In this document: positions 8,369 through 18,430 of the stretch, piece after piece
How the letters are laid out: each line of letters starts with the position of its first letter
Position numbering within the stretch: position 1 is the first letter of the stretch
NCBI GenBank assembly: GCA_964604655.1
Contig: CAZRZY010000001.1
Span: 80 to 64,079, forward strand
Direction: 5' to 3'
Length of the DNA: 64,000 nt
From: an uncultured Bacteroides sp.
GTDB lineage: Bacteria > Bacteroidota > Bacteroidia > Bacteroidales > GCA-2748055
Program-made: the position numbers and the translations under genes
The notes under the pieces: model-generated
The model's database searches: none
What the model was told of the DNA's origin: nothing
What the model saw: the letters and a program-made list of their open reading frames with translations, nothing else

Positions 8369-10411
8369 ATGGCAAAGGAAAAATATTACAGCATAAAAAA
8401 AACAAGTAAAGAAACACTGGCCAAATGGTTCAAGCTGATGTTGGTGGGCAGGGCGATTGACGACAGGGCCCCCAACTACCTCAAACAGGCCATCGGCTGG
8501 TCCTACCATGCTCCCTATGCGGGTCATGATGGAATTCAGCTGGCCATAGGGCAGATATTCGACAGGGAGAAAGATCATCTCTTTCCTTATTACCGGGATA
8601 TGCTGACCGCTCATTCGGCCGGCCTTTCGGCTGAAGAGCTGATCCTTAACGGGATCTCCAAGGACGCCGACGTGGCGGGTGGAGGAAGGCATATGTCCAA
8701 CCACTTCGCGAAACCGGAATGGAACATTCACAACACTTCCTCCTGCACCGGGAACCATGCCCTTCACGCAGTTGGGGTGGCCAGGGCCCTTAAAAAATAT
8801 AACGATCCCGGTATCGCCATCAGCTCTCAGGGTGAATCTTCTGTTTCGGAGGGATACGTTTACGAAGCTATTAACGGTGCCTCCACGGAAATGCTTCCGG
8901 TCATTTTCGTGTTTCAGGACAACGGTTACGGGATCTCTGTTCCGAAGTCCGACCAGACGGCCAACAGGAAAGTGGCCAATAATTTTTCGGGATTCAAGAA
9001 CCTGAAGATTTTCCATTGCAACGGAAAGGATGTGTTCGATAGTATGAATACGATGATGGAAGCCAGGGAATATATAGAGAAGTACGAAAGCCCTGTGATC
9101 GTTCAGGCCAACTGTGTAAGAATCCATTCTCATTCAAACTCGGACCGGCACGACCTTTACCGGGACGATTATGAACTCAATTATGTGCACGAATACGACC
9201 CGCTGGCCAAATTCAGAAGGTTGCTGCTGCGCTACGAACGATTTACCGGGAAGGAGATCGAAATCCTTGAAAATGAAGCCAGGGATATTGTCAAAGCCGC
9301 CCACAAGGCAGGTATGAGCTCACACGATCCGAAACCTGAATCGATCCATGATTTCGTTATTCCGGAGCCATATGTAAGTGAGAAGTACCCGGAAGGCCTT
9401 CACTCCTATGAAGGAGAACCCAGGAAATTGATCGAAGGACTCAATGAGACTCTGAAAGCAGAGTTCAGACACAATCCGGATACCTTTATCTGGGGACAGG
9501 ATGTGGCCTACAAGGAGAAGGGCGGTATCTTCAATGTCACCAAGGGCATGCAACAGGAATTTGGCCGGGAGCGGGTATTCAATGCACCCATTGCGGAAGA
9601 TTTCATCATGGGCACCGCCAACGGAATGAGCAGGTACAACGATAAACTGAGGGTCGTGGTGGAAGGAGCCGAATTTGCCGATTACTTCTGGCCTGCCATG
9701 GAACAGCTGGTGGATACTTCTCATGATTACTGGAGAACCAAAGGTCAGTTCTCGCCCAACATTACTGTCAGACTTGCATCGGGTGGTTATATCGGTGGAG
9801 GGCTCTATCACTCGCAGACCATCGAGGGTGCCCTGACCACCCTGCCCGGAATCCGTGTGGTCTATCCCAGCTATGCGGATGACGCGGCCGGGTTGCTCAG
9901 GACCAGCATCCGATCCAGGGGAGTCACTTTGTTCCTCGAGCCCAAAGCGTTGTATAATGCTCCAAAAGCTGCCGCTCCCATTCCGGACGATTTTGAGGTT
10001 CCATTCGGGAAAGCAAGGGTGCGCAGGGAAGGAGAGGACCTGAGCGTTATCACCTTTGGGAACACCACCCCCATGTGCGTGGAACTCGCCGATAAGCTCA
10101 GGGAAGAAGGTGCGGCAAGCCTGGAGGTTCTGGATCTCCGATCGCTGAGCCCGCTCGATACCAAAGCCATCCTGGCCACTGTCCGAAAGACCGGAAAAGC
10201 GCTGGTGGTCCACGAAGATAAAGTGTTTGCAGGTTTCGGGGGAGAGGTGGTCTCGGTAATTAATGAACAGGCATTTGAATACCTGGACGGACCGGTCAAA
10301 AGGGTGGGTTCCACCTTTACCCCCGTAGGATTTAACCGGATTCTGGAGGCCGCGATACTTCCGGATACAGAGCGTATCCGGAAGGCAGCATTGGAACTGA
10401 TAGCGTATTAA
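8369..10411 (+). CDS. 2-oxoacid (branched-chain type) dehydrogenase E1, fused alpha-beta subunits
   Basis: The 680-aa protein has a TPP-binding alpha part (GESSVSEGYVYEAINGA) followed by a transketolase-like beta part (FNAPIAEDFIMGTANG). It starts 6 nt after the E2 stop. Confidence 0.85.
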   Translation: MAKEKYYSIKKTSKETLAKWFKLMLVGRAIDDRAPNYLKQAIGWSYHAPYAGHDGIQLAIGQIFDREKDHLFPYYRDMLTAHSAGLSAEELILNGISKDADVAGGGRHMSNHFAKPEWNIHNTSSCTGNHALHAVGVARALKKYNDPGIAISSQGESSVSEGYVYEAINGASTEMLPVIFVFQDNGYGISVPKSDQTANRKVANNFSGFKNLKIFHCNGKDVFDSMNTMMEAREYIEKYESPVIVQANCVRIHSHSNSDRHDLYRDDYELNYVHEYDPLAKFRRLLLRYERFTGKEIEILENEARDIVKAAHKAGMSSHDPKPESIHDFVIPEPYVSEKYPEGLHSYEGEPRKLIEGLNETLKAEFRHNPDTFIWGQDVAYKEKGGIFNVTKGMQQEFGRERVFNAPIAEDFIMGTANGMSRYNDKLRVVVEGAEFADYFWPAMEQLVDTSHDYWRTKGQFSPNITVRLASGGYIGGGLYHSQTIEGALTTLPGIRVVYPSYADDAAGLLRTSIRSRGVTLFLEPKALYNAPKAAAPIPDDFEVPFGKARVRREGEDLSVITFGNTTPMCVELADKLREEGAASLEVLDLRSLSPLDTKAILATVRKTGKALVVHEDKVFAGFGGEVVSVINEQAFEYLDGPVKRVGSTFTPVGFNRILEAAILPDTERIRKAALELIAY

Positions 10412-10428
10412 GAATTAACTCCATAGCG

Positions 10429-10935
10429 ATGAAAAAAACGGCATTAATCTACAGCTTCAATACCAGGAAAACCGGGAAGATCGCAGAAAAGATCAGGGAC
10501 GAGTTCCATGAAGAGGCGGTGGAGATGGTCAACGCGGAGGACCTGACCGAATCTGTATTTCTATCCTTCGATCAGATGATCCTGGGTGTTCCAACCTGGT
10601 TCGACGGAGAGCTTCCCAATTACTGGGATGAATTTGTGCCGGCGCTGGAGGAGATGGATCTGAAAGAAAAGAAGATCGCTCTTTTTGGACTGGGAGACCA
10701 GAAAGGTTATCCAGAAAACTTTCTCGACGGAGTGGGGATCATGGCGGATCTGCTGGAGAACCGGGGCGCGACACTGGTGGGATTCACCTCCACGGAAGGC
10801 TACGAATATGAAAGTTCCAAAGCAACCAGGGGTGATCAATTTCCGGGGCTGGCTATCGATTATGAGAACCAGGGTTCCATGAATAAGGAGAGGGTAGCCG
10901 GCTGGGTGGAACAGCTGAGAAAAGCATTCGATTGA
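10429..10935 (+). CDS. fldA: Flavodoxin (long-chain)
   Basis: The FMN phosphate-binding loop is ALIYSFNTRKTGKIAE, followed by GVPTWFDGELPNYWDEF and LFGLGDQKGYPENF. Length is 168 aa. Confidence 0.85.
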   Translation: MKKTALIYSFNTRKTGKIAEKIRDEFHEEAVEMVNAEDLTESVFLSFDQMILGVPTWFDGELPNYWDEFVPALEEMDLKEKKIALFGLGDQKGYPENFLDGVGIMADLLENRGATLVGFTSTEGYEYESSKATRGDQFPGLAIDYENQGSMNKERVAGWVEQLRKAFD

Positions 10936-11076
10936 GCAGCCTTTAGGAGTTTTCCTTGGTCCCTGAAGCCCCGATTTGATCCCTCGGAGCGATTATATCA
11001 GATGTTTCGTAGCATATTTTCCGCAGAATTTGCTTTTTTTGTGTCTGGAAGGAGAAACTTCTGAAAACTCACCACT

Positions 11077-12576
11077 ATGGCAAAGGATCGTGTGTACATA
11101 TTTGATACTACCCTGAGGGACGGGGAACAGGTCCCGGGATGCCAGCTGAATACCATTGAGAAAATTGAAGTAGCCAAAGCACTGGAGACTCTGGGAGTGG
11201 ACGTTATTGAGGCAGGTTTCCCCATTTCCAGTCCGGGCGATTTCAATTCCGTGGTGGAAATCAGCAAGGCCGTGACGGAGCCGGTGATATGCGCGCTTAC
11301 CAGGGCCGTCAGGGAAGACATCAAAGTCGCGGCTGAATCACTGGAATTTGCCAAAAAGCCCCGGATCCATACCGGGATCGGGACCTCCTATTTTCATATT
11401 TACCATAAACTGAACAGCACCCCGGAAAAGATCATTGAAAGGGGAGTGGAGGCAGTGAAATATGCCAGGAGCTTCGTGGAAGATGTGGAATTCTATGCCG
11501 AAGACGCGGGCCGCACTGACAACAAGTTTCTCGCAAAGGTAATCGAGGCAATGATCGATGCCGGTGCCACCGTGGTTAACATACCCGATACTACCGGATA
11601 CACCCTTCCGGAAGAGTACGGAAAAAAAATCAAATACCTGATGGATCATGTGCCCAACATCGACAGGGCCGTTATATCCACTCATTGCCACAATGATCTG
11701 GGGATGGCTACGGCAAATACGATGAGCGGCGTGATCAACGGAGCCAGGCAGGTGGAGGTCACCGTGAACGGTATCGGAGAGCGGGCTGGAAACACCTCCC
11801 TGGAGGAGGTGGCGATGATTATAAAAAGCCGCAAGCACCTGAATCTGACCACCAACATCAATCCCCGGAGGATCTACAGAACCAGTCGCCTGGTCTCCAC
11901 GCTCATGCGGATGCCTGTGCAGCCTAACAAGGCCATAGTGGGAAGAAACGCATTTGCCCACTCCTCGGGCATCCACCAGGATGGTGTTCTGAAAAGAAGG
12001 GAGAACTACGAGATCATCAATCCCAAAACCGTGGGGATCAATGAATCCTCCATCCTGCTCACTGCCAGGAGCGGACGGGCGGCACTGAAGCATCGTCTGG
12101 AGAAACTTGGATACAAGTTTACCAAGGATGCCCTGAATTCCATTTATGAGGAGTTTGTGAAACTTGCCGATTCGAAGAAAGAGATCATCGATGAGGATCT
12201 GAAAGTGCTTGCGGGAGCCAGTGCCAGGGATATCAAAAGAAATCTTCACCTGAACCACCTGCAGGTTCTCTGCGGAAAAGGGACCACCCCGGTAGCTTCC
12301 GTGAACCTGGTATGGGACAATGTCTGCCACACAGCTACTGCTGAGGGAAATGGACCGGTCGACGCTGCCATCAATGCCGTCAAAGAGATCCTGAAAAAGA
12401 AAGTTCGTATCGAAGAGTTCCTGATCCAGGCCATCACCAGAGGAAGCGATGATTTGGGGAAGGTGCATATGCAGGTGGAATATAAGAATGTGGTTTACTA
12501 TGGATTCTCCGCTTCCACCGATATTATCACTGCCTCGGTGGAGGCATTCATCGATGCCATGAGTCAGATAGTATGA
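11077..12576 (+). CDS. leuA: 2-isopropylmalate synthase
   Basis: [15 protein letters not shown] marks the HMGL-like domain, with [15 protein letters not shown]-terminal LeuA dimer/regulatory domain is present. Length is 499 aa. Confidence 0.9.
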   Translation: MAKDRVYIFDTTLRDGEQVPGCQLNTIEKIEVAKALETLGVDVIEAGFPISSPGDFNSVVEISKAVTEPVICALTRAVREDIKVAAESLEFAKKPRIHTGIGTSYFHIYHKLNSTPEKIIERGVEAVKYARSFVEDVEFYAEDAGRTDNKFLAKVIEAMIDAGATVVNIPDTTGYTLPEEYGKKIKYLMDHVPNIDRAVISTHCHNDLGMATANTMSGVINGARQVEVTVNGIGERAGNTSLEEVAMIIKSRKHLNLTTNINPRRIYRTSRLVSTLMRMPVQPNKAIVGRNAFAHSSGIHQDGVLKRRENYEIINPKTVGINESSILLTARSGRAALKHRLEKLGYKFTKDALNSIYEEFVKLADSKKEIIDEDLKVLAGASARDIKRNLHLNHLQVLCGKGTTPVASVNLVWDNVCHTATAEGNGPVDAAINAVKEILKKKVRIEEFLIQAITRGSDDLGKVHMQVEYKNVVYYGFSASTDIITASVEAFIDAMSQIV

Positions 12577-12612
12577 TCTGAGCAACTTTCTGGTCAATTA
12601 TTGCTCTTTTTT

Positions 12613-12645
12613 ATCCGGAATCTGACAAATTCCGGATTTGTTTGT
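12613..12645 (+). terminator. Rho-independent terminator after leuA
   Basis: A perfect 9-bp stem ATCCGGAAT (12613-12621) / ATTCCGGAT (12629-12637) is followed by TTGTTTGTTATT. Confidence 0.5.
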
Positions 12646-12657
12646 TATTCCTACCAT

Positions 12658-14991
12658 ATGATACGGTCAGGTTGTACCATTATACTGAGTTTACTGCTGG
12701 CAGGAACTGTTCTTCAGGTTTCTGCCAGGAATACAGTGAGCGGGTATGTGCGCGATGCAGAAACGGGGGAAGAGCTGATCGGTGCCACCGTGGCCATCTA
12801 TGAAACCGGAAACGGGACCATCACCAATACCTATGGCTATTATGCCCTGTCGCTGGAATCCGGTTTCTACACGCTGGTTTTTTCCTACCTGGGTTACGTG
12901 GCCGAGACGCGGCCGGTCACCCTTGGAGAGGACCTCAGCCTGAATGTGGAGCTGTTCAGAAAGACGGAACAGATCGATGAGGTAACCATTACGGCAGAGG
13001 CGGGGAATGCCAATATCACGAGACTGGAGACCGGATCCACACAGCTGCCCATCCAGTCCATCCGCCGGATCCCTGCCTTACTGGGAGAGGTGGACGTGAT
13101 TAAAGCCATTCAGTTGCTGCCAGGTGTGCAGGTAACCAGCGAGGGTTCCTCCGGATTCAGTGTCCGTGGAGGGAGTCCGGACCAGAACCTGATTCTGCTG
13201 GATGAGGCCACTGTTTACAATGCCTCCCATCTGCTCGGATTTTTCTCCGTTTTCAATAATGATGCCATCAAGGATGTAAAGCTGTACAAGGGAGATATTC
13301 CGGCTAGCTCTGGAGGACGGCTTGCTTCATTGCTGGACATCCGTATGAAGGACGGAAACAACCGAAGGTTCAGTGCCACAGGCGGAATAGGCACCATCTC
13401 CAGCAGACTTACCGTGGAGGGGCCCATCTTTTCGGAGAAGGCTTCGTTTCTGTTATCGGGAAGGCGCACCTACGCCGATATTTTTCTTCCGCTGGCACGT
13501 GATACGGCAGTGCGGGACAATTCTCTCTTCTTCTACGACCTCAATGGAAAAGTGAACTACGTGATCAATGAAAAGAACAGGATCTATCTTTCCGGGTACT
13601 ACGGCAAAGATGTTTTCGCCAATGATTTTGCGGGCCTGTATTTTGGAAACCGAACCTTTACACTGCGCTGGAACCATCTGTTCTCCCAGAAACTGTTCAG
13701 TAATTTCACTGTGGTAAACTCCCATTACTTTTATGATCTGGGGACTCCGGAAGGGGAGGTGCCATTTTTCAACTGGATCTCCTTTCTGGAGGATTACGGA
13801 TTGAAAGGGGATTTTATATGGTACTTCACTCCAGAGCATACATACCGCTTCGGGTTTTCCACAGTCTATCATATCATTAAACCAGGTACCATAACCGCAA
13901 TGGACCAGGACGAGAATAATACCGAAAGCCGGCTTTCCAATAACTATGCCCTCGAAAACGGTCTTTACCTGTCAGGTGAATCAAAATTCTTCGACCGCCT
14001 GGGACTTCGCTACGGACTCCGGTTCTCCAGTTTTCATAATATTGGCGAAGCCACTGTTTTTACCTATGGTAATTCCTATGATGTTGTTGACTCCACCCGG
14101 TATGGGAAGGGAGAATTCTTCAATACCTATATGGGCCTGGAGCCCAGGATTGCCCTGAATTTCGTTATCAACGAGAAGCAATCGGTAAAGTCCAGCTATT
14201 CCAGAACCCGGCAATACCTTCAGCTTGCAAGCAACTCTAATGCAGGCACTCCACTTGATATCTGGTTCCCTGCCTCCCCGAATATCCGTCCGCAGATTTC
14301 CGATCAGGTATCGCTGGGATATTTCAGGAATTTTTTGGACAACCGGATCGAATCCTCCCTGGAACTCTACTATAAGAAAATATCCCGGTCCATCGATTTC
14401 AGGGATCATGCGCAACTCCTTCTGAACCCCCGGCTTGAAGGTGAGTTGAGGATCGGCGACGCTACCTCTTACGGGGCGGAGGTTTATGTGAAATATGATG
14501 CCGGAGGCTTTTCCGGCTGGCTCAGTTATACCTGGTCCAGGACCATGAGAGATATTCCGGATATCAACGAAGGAAAGCCCTATCCCGCGCCCTATGACAA
14601 GCCACACGACCTGGCACTGGTTGCCAGCTACGAGCTCACTCCCCGTATTGGGGTCGCCGCCAACTGGATTTACAGTACCGGAATCCCCTTCACCCTTCCT
14701 TCGGGAAGGTACTCAGTGCTGGGCAATATCCTTCCGGTATACACCGGAAGGAACGAATACAGGCTGCCGGATTACCACCGTCTCGATCTGTCAGTGACCC
14801 TTAAAGGAAAAGAGAGACCCGACAGGCGATGGAGGGGGGAATGGAATTTCTCCGTGTATAATGCCTATGCCAGGAAAAATCCGTGGACACTCAATTTCGT
14901 TCAGGACAGCGATAATCCGGATGTTACCTATGCAGAGATGACCTACCTTTTCTCCATCATCCCTGCGATCACCTACAATTTTACCTTCTGA
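12658..14991 (+). CDS. TonB-dependent receptor with N-terminal carboxypeptidase-regulatory-like domain
   Basis: The signal MIRSGCTIILSLLLAGTVLQVSA is followed by the CarbopepD_reg motif VSGYVRDAETGEELIGATV. A plug region (LLGEVDVIKAIQLLPGV) and a C-terminal barrel ending in F are present. I took the start at ATG 12658. Confidence 0.85.
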   Translation: MIRSGCTIILSLLLAGTVLQVSARNTVSGYVRDAETGEELIGATVAIYETGNGTITNTYGYYALSLESGFYTLVFSYLGYVAETRPVTLGEDLSLNVELFRKTEQIDEVTITAEAGNANITRLETGSTQLPIQSIRRIPALLGEVDVIKAIQLLPGVQVTSEGSSGFSVRGGSPDQNLILLDEATVYNASHLLGFFSVFNNDAIKDVKLYKGDIPASSGGRLASLLDIRMKDGNNRRFSATGGIGTISSRLTVEGPIFSEKASFLLSGRRTYADIFLPLARDTAVRDNSLFFYDLNGKVNYVINEKNRIYLSGYYGKDVFANDFAGLYFGNRTFTLRWNHLFSQKLFSNFTVVNSHYFYDLGTPEGEVPFFNWISFLEDYGLKGDFIWYFTPEHTYRFGFSTVYHIIKPGTITAMDQDENNTESRLSNNYALENGLYLSGESKFFDRLGLRYGLRFSSFHNIGEATVFTYGNSYDVVDSTRYGKGEFFNTYMGLEPRIALNFVINEKQSVKSSYSRTRQYLQLASNSNAGTPLDIWFPASPNIRPQISDQVSLGYFRNFLDNRIESSLELYYKKISRSIDFRDHAQLLLNPRLEGELRIGDATSYGAEVYVKYDAGGFSGWLSYTWSRTMRDIPDINEGKPYPAPYDKPHDLALVASYELTPRIGVAANWIYSTGIPFTLPSGRYSVLGNILPVYTGRNEYRLPDYHRLDLSVTLKGKERPDRRWRGEWNFSVYNAYARKNPWTLNFVQDSDNPDVTYAEMTYLFSIIPAITYNFTF

Positions 14992-15857
14992 TGCGCAGAG
15001 ATCTGAAACCATATCCATTGCTCCTTACTCTTTTCCTGGGTCTGATCCTGATGTCCTGCACTGAGCGGATCGATATCGAGTTGGATACTACCTACCGAAG
15101 GCTGGTGGTTTATGGTACGGTTACCACCGATTCTGTCAGGCACCAGGTGAACCTGACCACCTCCAGTGATTACTTTTCCAATATGCCGCCCCCTCCCGTG
15201 AGCGACGCGCTGGTGGAACTCGTTTTTGAAGACCAGACCATCCAGATGGTGGAACAGGACAGCGCTCCGGGACTGTACATGACTCCGGAGCCATTCAGAG
15301 GAGTACCCGGGGTCAATTACTCGCTCCGGATCAATGATGTGGATGTGGATAGCAATGGGGAAAGCGAACAATACCAGGCTGAAAGCCGGATGCCCCCGGT
15401 TCCTCAACTCGATTCCATAAGGCTTACCTATTTCCGGAGCCCGTTCGTTTCAGGATACCAGGTGAGCATGTTTGCCCTGGATTCACCCGCTCGTGAATGG
15501 TACCGGTTCACGCTCCGTAAAAACAGGGAGCTCCTAACCAAGGATCTCCCTGAAATTACCGTGCAGACAGACGATCTTTTCAATGGGACTTACATATTCG
15601 GACTTCCCGTCGGCTTTCTTGCCGAGGAGGATCCCGGAGAGGCACCCCTGCCTGGTGATACGGTCACTTTTGAATTGAGCGGTATCGATCAGTCTTACTA
15701 CTATTTCGTGACCGATGCGCAGCTGGAGCTCTTCGGGAACAATCCCCTTTTCTCGGGTCCTCCTTCCAATGTACGGTCCAATATTTCCAACGAAGGAAAA
15801 GGGGTGTTCGCTGCCATTTCCGTGGCCAGAGCATCCGCCATCATCCCCGAAGAATAG
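14991..15857 (+). CDS. DUF4249-like lipoprotein partner of the TonB-dependent receptor
   Basis: It has a lipoprotein signal (LGLILMSC) and a 1-nt start/stop overlap with the receptor gene. Its size and position match the usual receptor/DUF4249 pair. Confidence 0.6.
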   Translation: MRRDLKPYPLLLTLFLGLILMSCTERIDIELDTTYRRLVVYGTVTTDSVRHQVNLTTSSDYFSNMPPPPVSDALVELVFEDQTIQMVEQDSAPGLYMTPEPFRGVPGVNYSLRINDVDVDSNGESEQYQAESRMPPVPQLDSIRLTYFRSPFVSGYQVSMFALDSPAREWYRFTLRKNRELLTKDLPEITVQTDDLFNGTYIFGLPVGFLAEEDPGEAPLPGDTVTFELSGIDQSYYYFVTDAQLELFGNNPLFSGPPSNVRSNISNEGKGVFAAISVARASAIIPEE

Positions 15858-15888
15858 AACTTCCCGCATAATTAAGGAGATGGGTATT

Positions 15889-16665
15889 CTAATAGAGTCC
15901 CACCTGCCTTTGATGCTTCACGATGACCTCCGAAATCCCGTTGAACGTGGTGATGAGTCCGGTTACAGTGACATGCTCGCCCAGAAAATATTTTTCCGGT
16001 CTCCAGCTGAATCGTCTGGCCACATGGCCTGGCAGAACGATGGTGAACTGATGGGAAGGATAGTCTCCACCGAAAAAGAGCAGGTAGTCGTCGGTCTCCC
16101 GGTTGTGCCAGGTGGCGTATACCCTGCCGTAGACCATGGCTACTTTCCCCAGGCTGTATTTGGCTTCAAAGGCTGAAATAGTCCTGATCCTGTATCCGTA
16201 ATTGTAGCGCCACCTGTATTCCGGATACCATCTGCGATAATCCCTGTACATGCTCCGAGTCCACACAATGTGGGTGTGTGCAGGATAATGAAGCACCGGA
16301 TATACATCATGGTAATGGTGCCCGCTGTAATAGCGCTTATCAGAGTATTTATTCGGTTTCCTGCGGACCGGTACCCTTCCGTCTGCGTAGACCCTGGTAT
16401 GGGCTTTTTTGTAGTCGCTGCGCGGATTCTTGGGAGTGCTGTAGCTAACAGGTTGGCGAGCCCGTGTCACCTCCCGGTGATGCTTAACCGGTTCCCGGGC
16501 GGCAGTGGCCTTGTTTTTTGTTCCCTCCCCGGAATAGGAACTGACCGGCCTTTCTCTGTCAGTCTTTTCCCGGGTTGAGCTCCTCTGGGTGGTTTGTGCT
16601 TCCATTACTGTGGAACCCAAAAACAGAGCGAGCAGTAAAACGGTGGTGTATGGTATAGTTTTCAT
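15889..16665 (-). CDS. Secreted hypothetical protein, Arg/Tyr/His-rich
   Basis: The start at the internal ATG gives a clear signal peptide MKTIPYTTVLLLALFLGSTVMEA. The middle is strongly basic with Tyr/Arg/His repeats, and the C-terminal ~100 aa look globular. Confidence 0.5.
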   Translation of the reverse strand: MKTIPYTTVLLLALFLGSTVMEAQTTQRSSTREKTDRERPVSSYSGEGTKNKATAAREPVKHHREVTRARQPVSYSTPKNPRSDYKKAHTRVYADGRVPVRRKPNKYSDKRYYSGHHYHDVYPVLHYPAHTHIVWTRSMYRDYRRWYPEYRWRYNYGYRIRTISAFEAKYSLGKVAMVYGRVYATWHNRETDDYLLFFGGDYPSHQFTIVLPGHVARRFSWRPEKYFLGEHVTVTGLITTFNGISEVIVKHQRQVGLY

Positions 16666-16797
16666 GATTTCCCGGTTTAAACTGTTAAACGTGTTCGCCT
16701 GGTAAAGTTCAAATTCAGTGCCAAAAACAGTAAGTGTATCTGACACACCCACTGAGAGAGCCGGTCAATTCATTGACTATGAAAGATTAAATAATAA

Positions 16798-16830
16798 GAA
16801 AGTCCCCGCCTTTTTGCAGACGGGGACTTT
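16798..16830 (-). terminator. Rho-independent terminator (minus strand) downstream of the AmmeMemoRadiSam operon
   Basis: The stem is AAAGTCCCCG (16798-16808 region) / CGGGGACTTT (16821-16830). On the minus strand it is followed by CTTATTATTT. It lies about 207 nt after the AMMECR1 stop. Confidence 0.45.
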
Positions 16831-17036
16831 CAGACACAGATTCAACTTTAGGGTTAGTGACTATGTGATGTAGTCTGTAACAATCCTCTTACCAGCAAAT
16901 ATATGGCATTATCCCTAAAATACAAATTTCGACGGCAGATCTTTCCTGCCTCAGTTTCATGGTATTCATGCGAAAAACGTCACGGTGAATGTTTGGAATC
17001 TCTGATGTTTGAAGAAAGATTCATTGCGGAAAGGAC

Positions 17037-17600
17037 TCATGTAAACGGAGGATAGGTGACGGAGTTAAACACAGTGGCTTCATAGGTGAACACATCGGCA
17101 GTTTTCCAGCCGTCCCATCCGATACCTGCCTTGTACTCGGAGCAGTTGCCAAGGAACTGTTCCAGATCCCACCCCTGTTTCAGGGGCACCTGGGGCAGCA
17201 AGGTGCCTCTGAATGATCCTTTTTCAATGAAAATCCCATGCTTTCCCAGTTCAATTTGTGATGGATCATCCATTCTCTGCCTGGGCGAGAGAACGCTTAA
17301 TTCAATGGTCATCTCATCCAGATCTTCCCGGTGAACAGGTTCGAACCTGTTATCATACAGGGCCGCCGACACGGACATCTCTCTGATGTTCTTTACCAGT
17401 AGCTCTTCCTCCGAAAAGGTGCCGATGCATCCTCTCAGCATCTTTCCGGTGTAGACAGATACAAAAACACCACACTTCAGGGAGCCCAGCGGATGTTCCT
17501 TCACCAGCGGCACTGCTCTTGCTCTCTTACCCAGTCTTTCCTCGATGGTGACAAAGGCGAGCGTGATCAGCATCCCTTTTTCCGTATGATTCAATTTCAT
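17037..17600 (-). CDS. amrA: AMMECR1 domain protein (AmmeMemoRadiSam system protein A)
   Basis: CGVFVSVYTGKMLRGCIGTF and LLPQV are AMMECR1 hallmarks. It overlaps the upstream gene by 4 nt. Confidence 0.85.
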   Translation of the reverse strand: MKLNHTEKGMLITLAFVTIEERLGKRARAVPLVKEHPLGSLKCGVFVSVYTGKMLRGCIGTFSEEELLVKNIREMSVSAALYDNRFEPVHREDLDEMTIELSVLSPRQRMDDPSQIELGKHGIFIEKGSFRGTLLPQVPLKQGWDLEQFLGNCSEYKAGIGWDGWKTADVFTYEATVFNSVTYPPFT

Positions 17601-18424
17601 TGATAAACCATCATGGAGATGTAGTCCACTACCTCAGGGGATGGCATGACCTCCCCCGAATGCCCTCTCGCAAGCACATGGAGGCGGTATTCAGGCAGTT
17701 GGGATCCCGCATACTCCATCAGAGTCATGATGGGTCCGTAGCCGCATACTGAAATTCGTTCTTCCCTGACCACCGATTCCACTCCGCGGGGGTCCCTGTC
17801 CAGGATTTTATCCATCACCAGGTCATCTCTCCGGCGTCCTTCCTCAGGGGTGATAAAATGAGAGAAATCGCAGGATGCCAGGACCATTACCTCCCTTTTT
17901 GTTCGAGTCGCCGCTTCGTTAATCCTCCGGGCTACCTTTTGTGCATTTTCATAGGTCTGTTCTCTCATGCATATGGGCACGATGGAAAACTCCTTCCGAA
18001 GGAAGTACTGCATGAACGGTATGATCACCTCTGCAGAATGCTCCCTGACATGGGCCATACTGTCCATGGGAAGATCCATGATGGCAGCCAGTTCCAGATC
18101 GACGGGGACCCTGCCGGCCGAGTTGACCCAAAATTTGGAATCATCGATGGCGATGGGTTCTCCGAATCCGGAATGGTTCGGATGGAGAATGAGGTAGGTA
18201 TCCGGCTGCTGCTCCAGCCCCTGAATAAATTTGAAAAACGGGACCGTCTGATGCCCGGAATATACATGCCCGGCGTGGGGAATCACCCCCCCAAAGACTC
18301 TGGTGGGCTTCATATCCGGAACGGAGTAGCGTTGCTCACGCTCCATCAGTCGGATCTGATCGAAGATCTCAGATTTAGAGGAGGGATAGAACCTTCCTTC
18401 CACTGCTGCATGACGTACATTCAT
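17597..18424 (-). CDS. amrB: MEMO1-like protein (AmmeMemoRadiSam system protein B)
   Basis: AAVEGRFYPSSKSEI, VIPHAGHVYSG and EHSAEVIIPFMQY are Memo-family His-rich site motifs. Confidence 0.85.
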   Translation of the reverse strand: MNVRHAAVEGRFYPSSKSEIFDQIRLMEREQRYSVPDMKPTRVFGGVIPHAGHVYSGHQTVPFFKFIQGLEQQPDTYLILHPNHSGFGEPIAIDDSKFWVNSAGRVPVDLELAAIMDLPMDSMAHVREHSAEVIIPFMQYFLRKEFSIVPICMREQTYENAQKVARRINEAATRTKREVMVLASCDFSHFITPEEGRRRDDLVMDKILDRDPRGVESVVREERISVCGYGPIMTLMEYAGSQLPEYRLHVLARGHSGEVMPSPEVVDYISMMVYQ

Positions 18425-18430
18425 AAGCGG

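Noticed and set aside
11002-11064. A Phe-rich 20-codon mini-ORF (MFRSIFSAEFAFFVSGRRNF) sits just upstream of leuA and could be a leader peptide.
   Set aside because: A leuA attenuator should be Leu-rich, not Phe-rich. No convincing terminator hairpin follows (only 3-4 bp stems). The Phe codons simply reflect a T-rich promoter region.
12658-15857. Treating the TonB-dependent receptors (12658 and 60734) as SusC-type transporters that define PULs.
   Set aside because: Neither is followed by a SusD-like lipoprotein. The first is followed by a DUF4249-type partner and the second by an unrelated helical protein. Both lie outside the CAZyme island.
16889-16969. The 26-aa mini-ORF downstream of amrA as an annotated gene.
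   Set aside because: I kept it only as a speculative note inside a finding. It is too short and unsupported to list as a feature.
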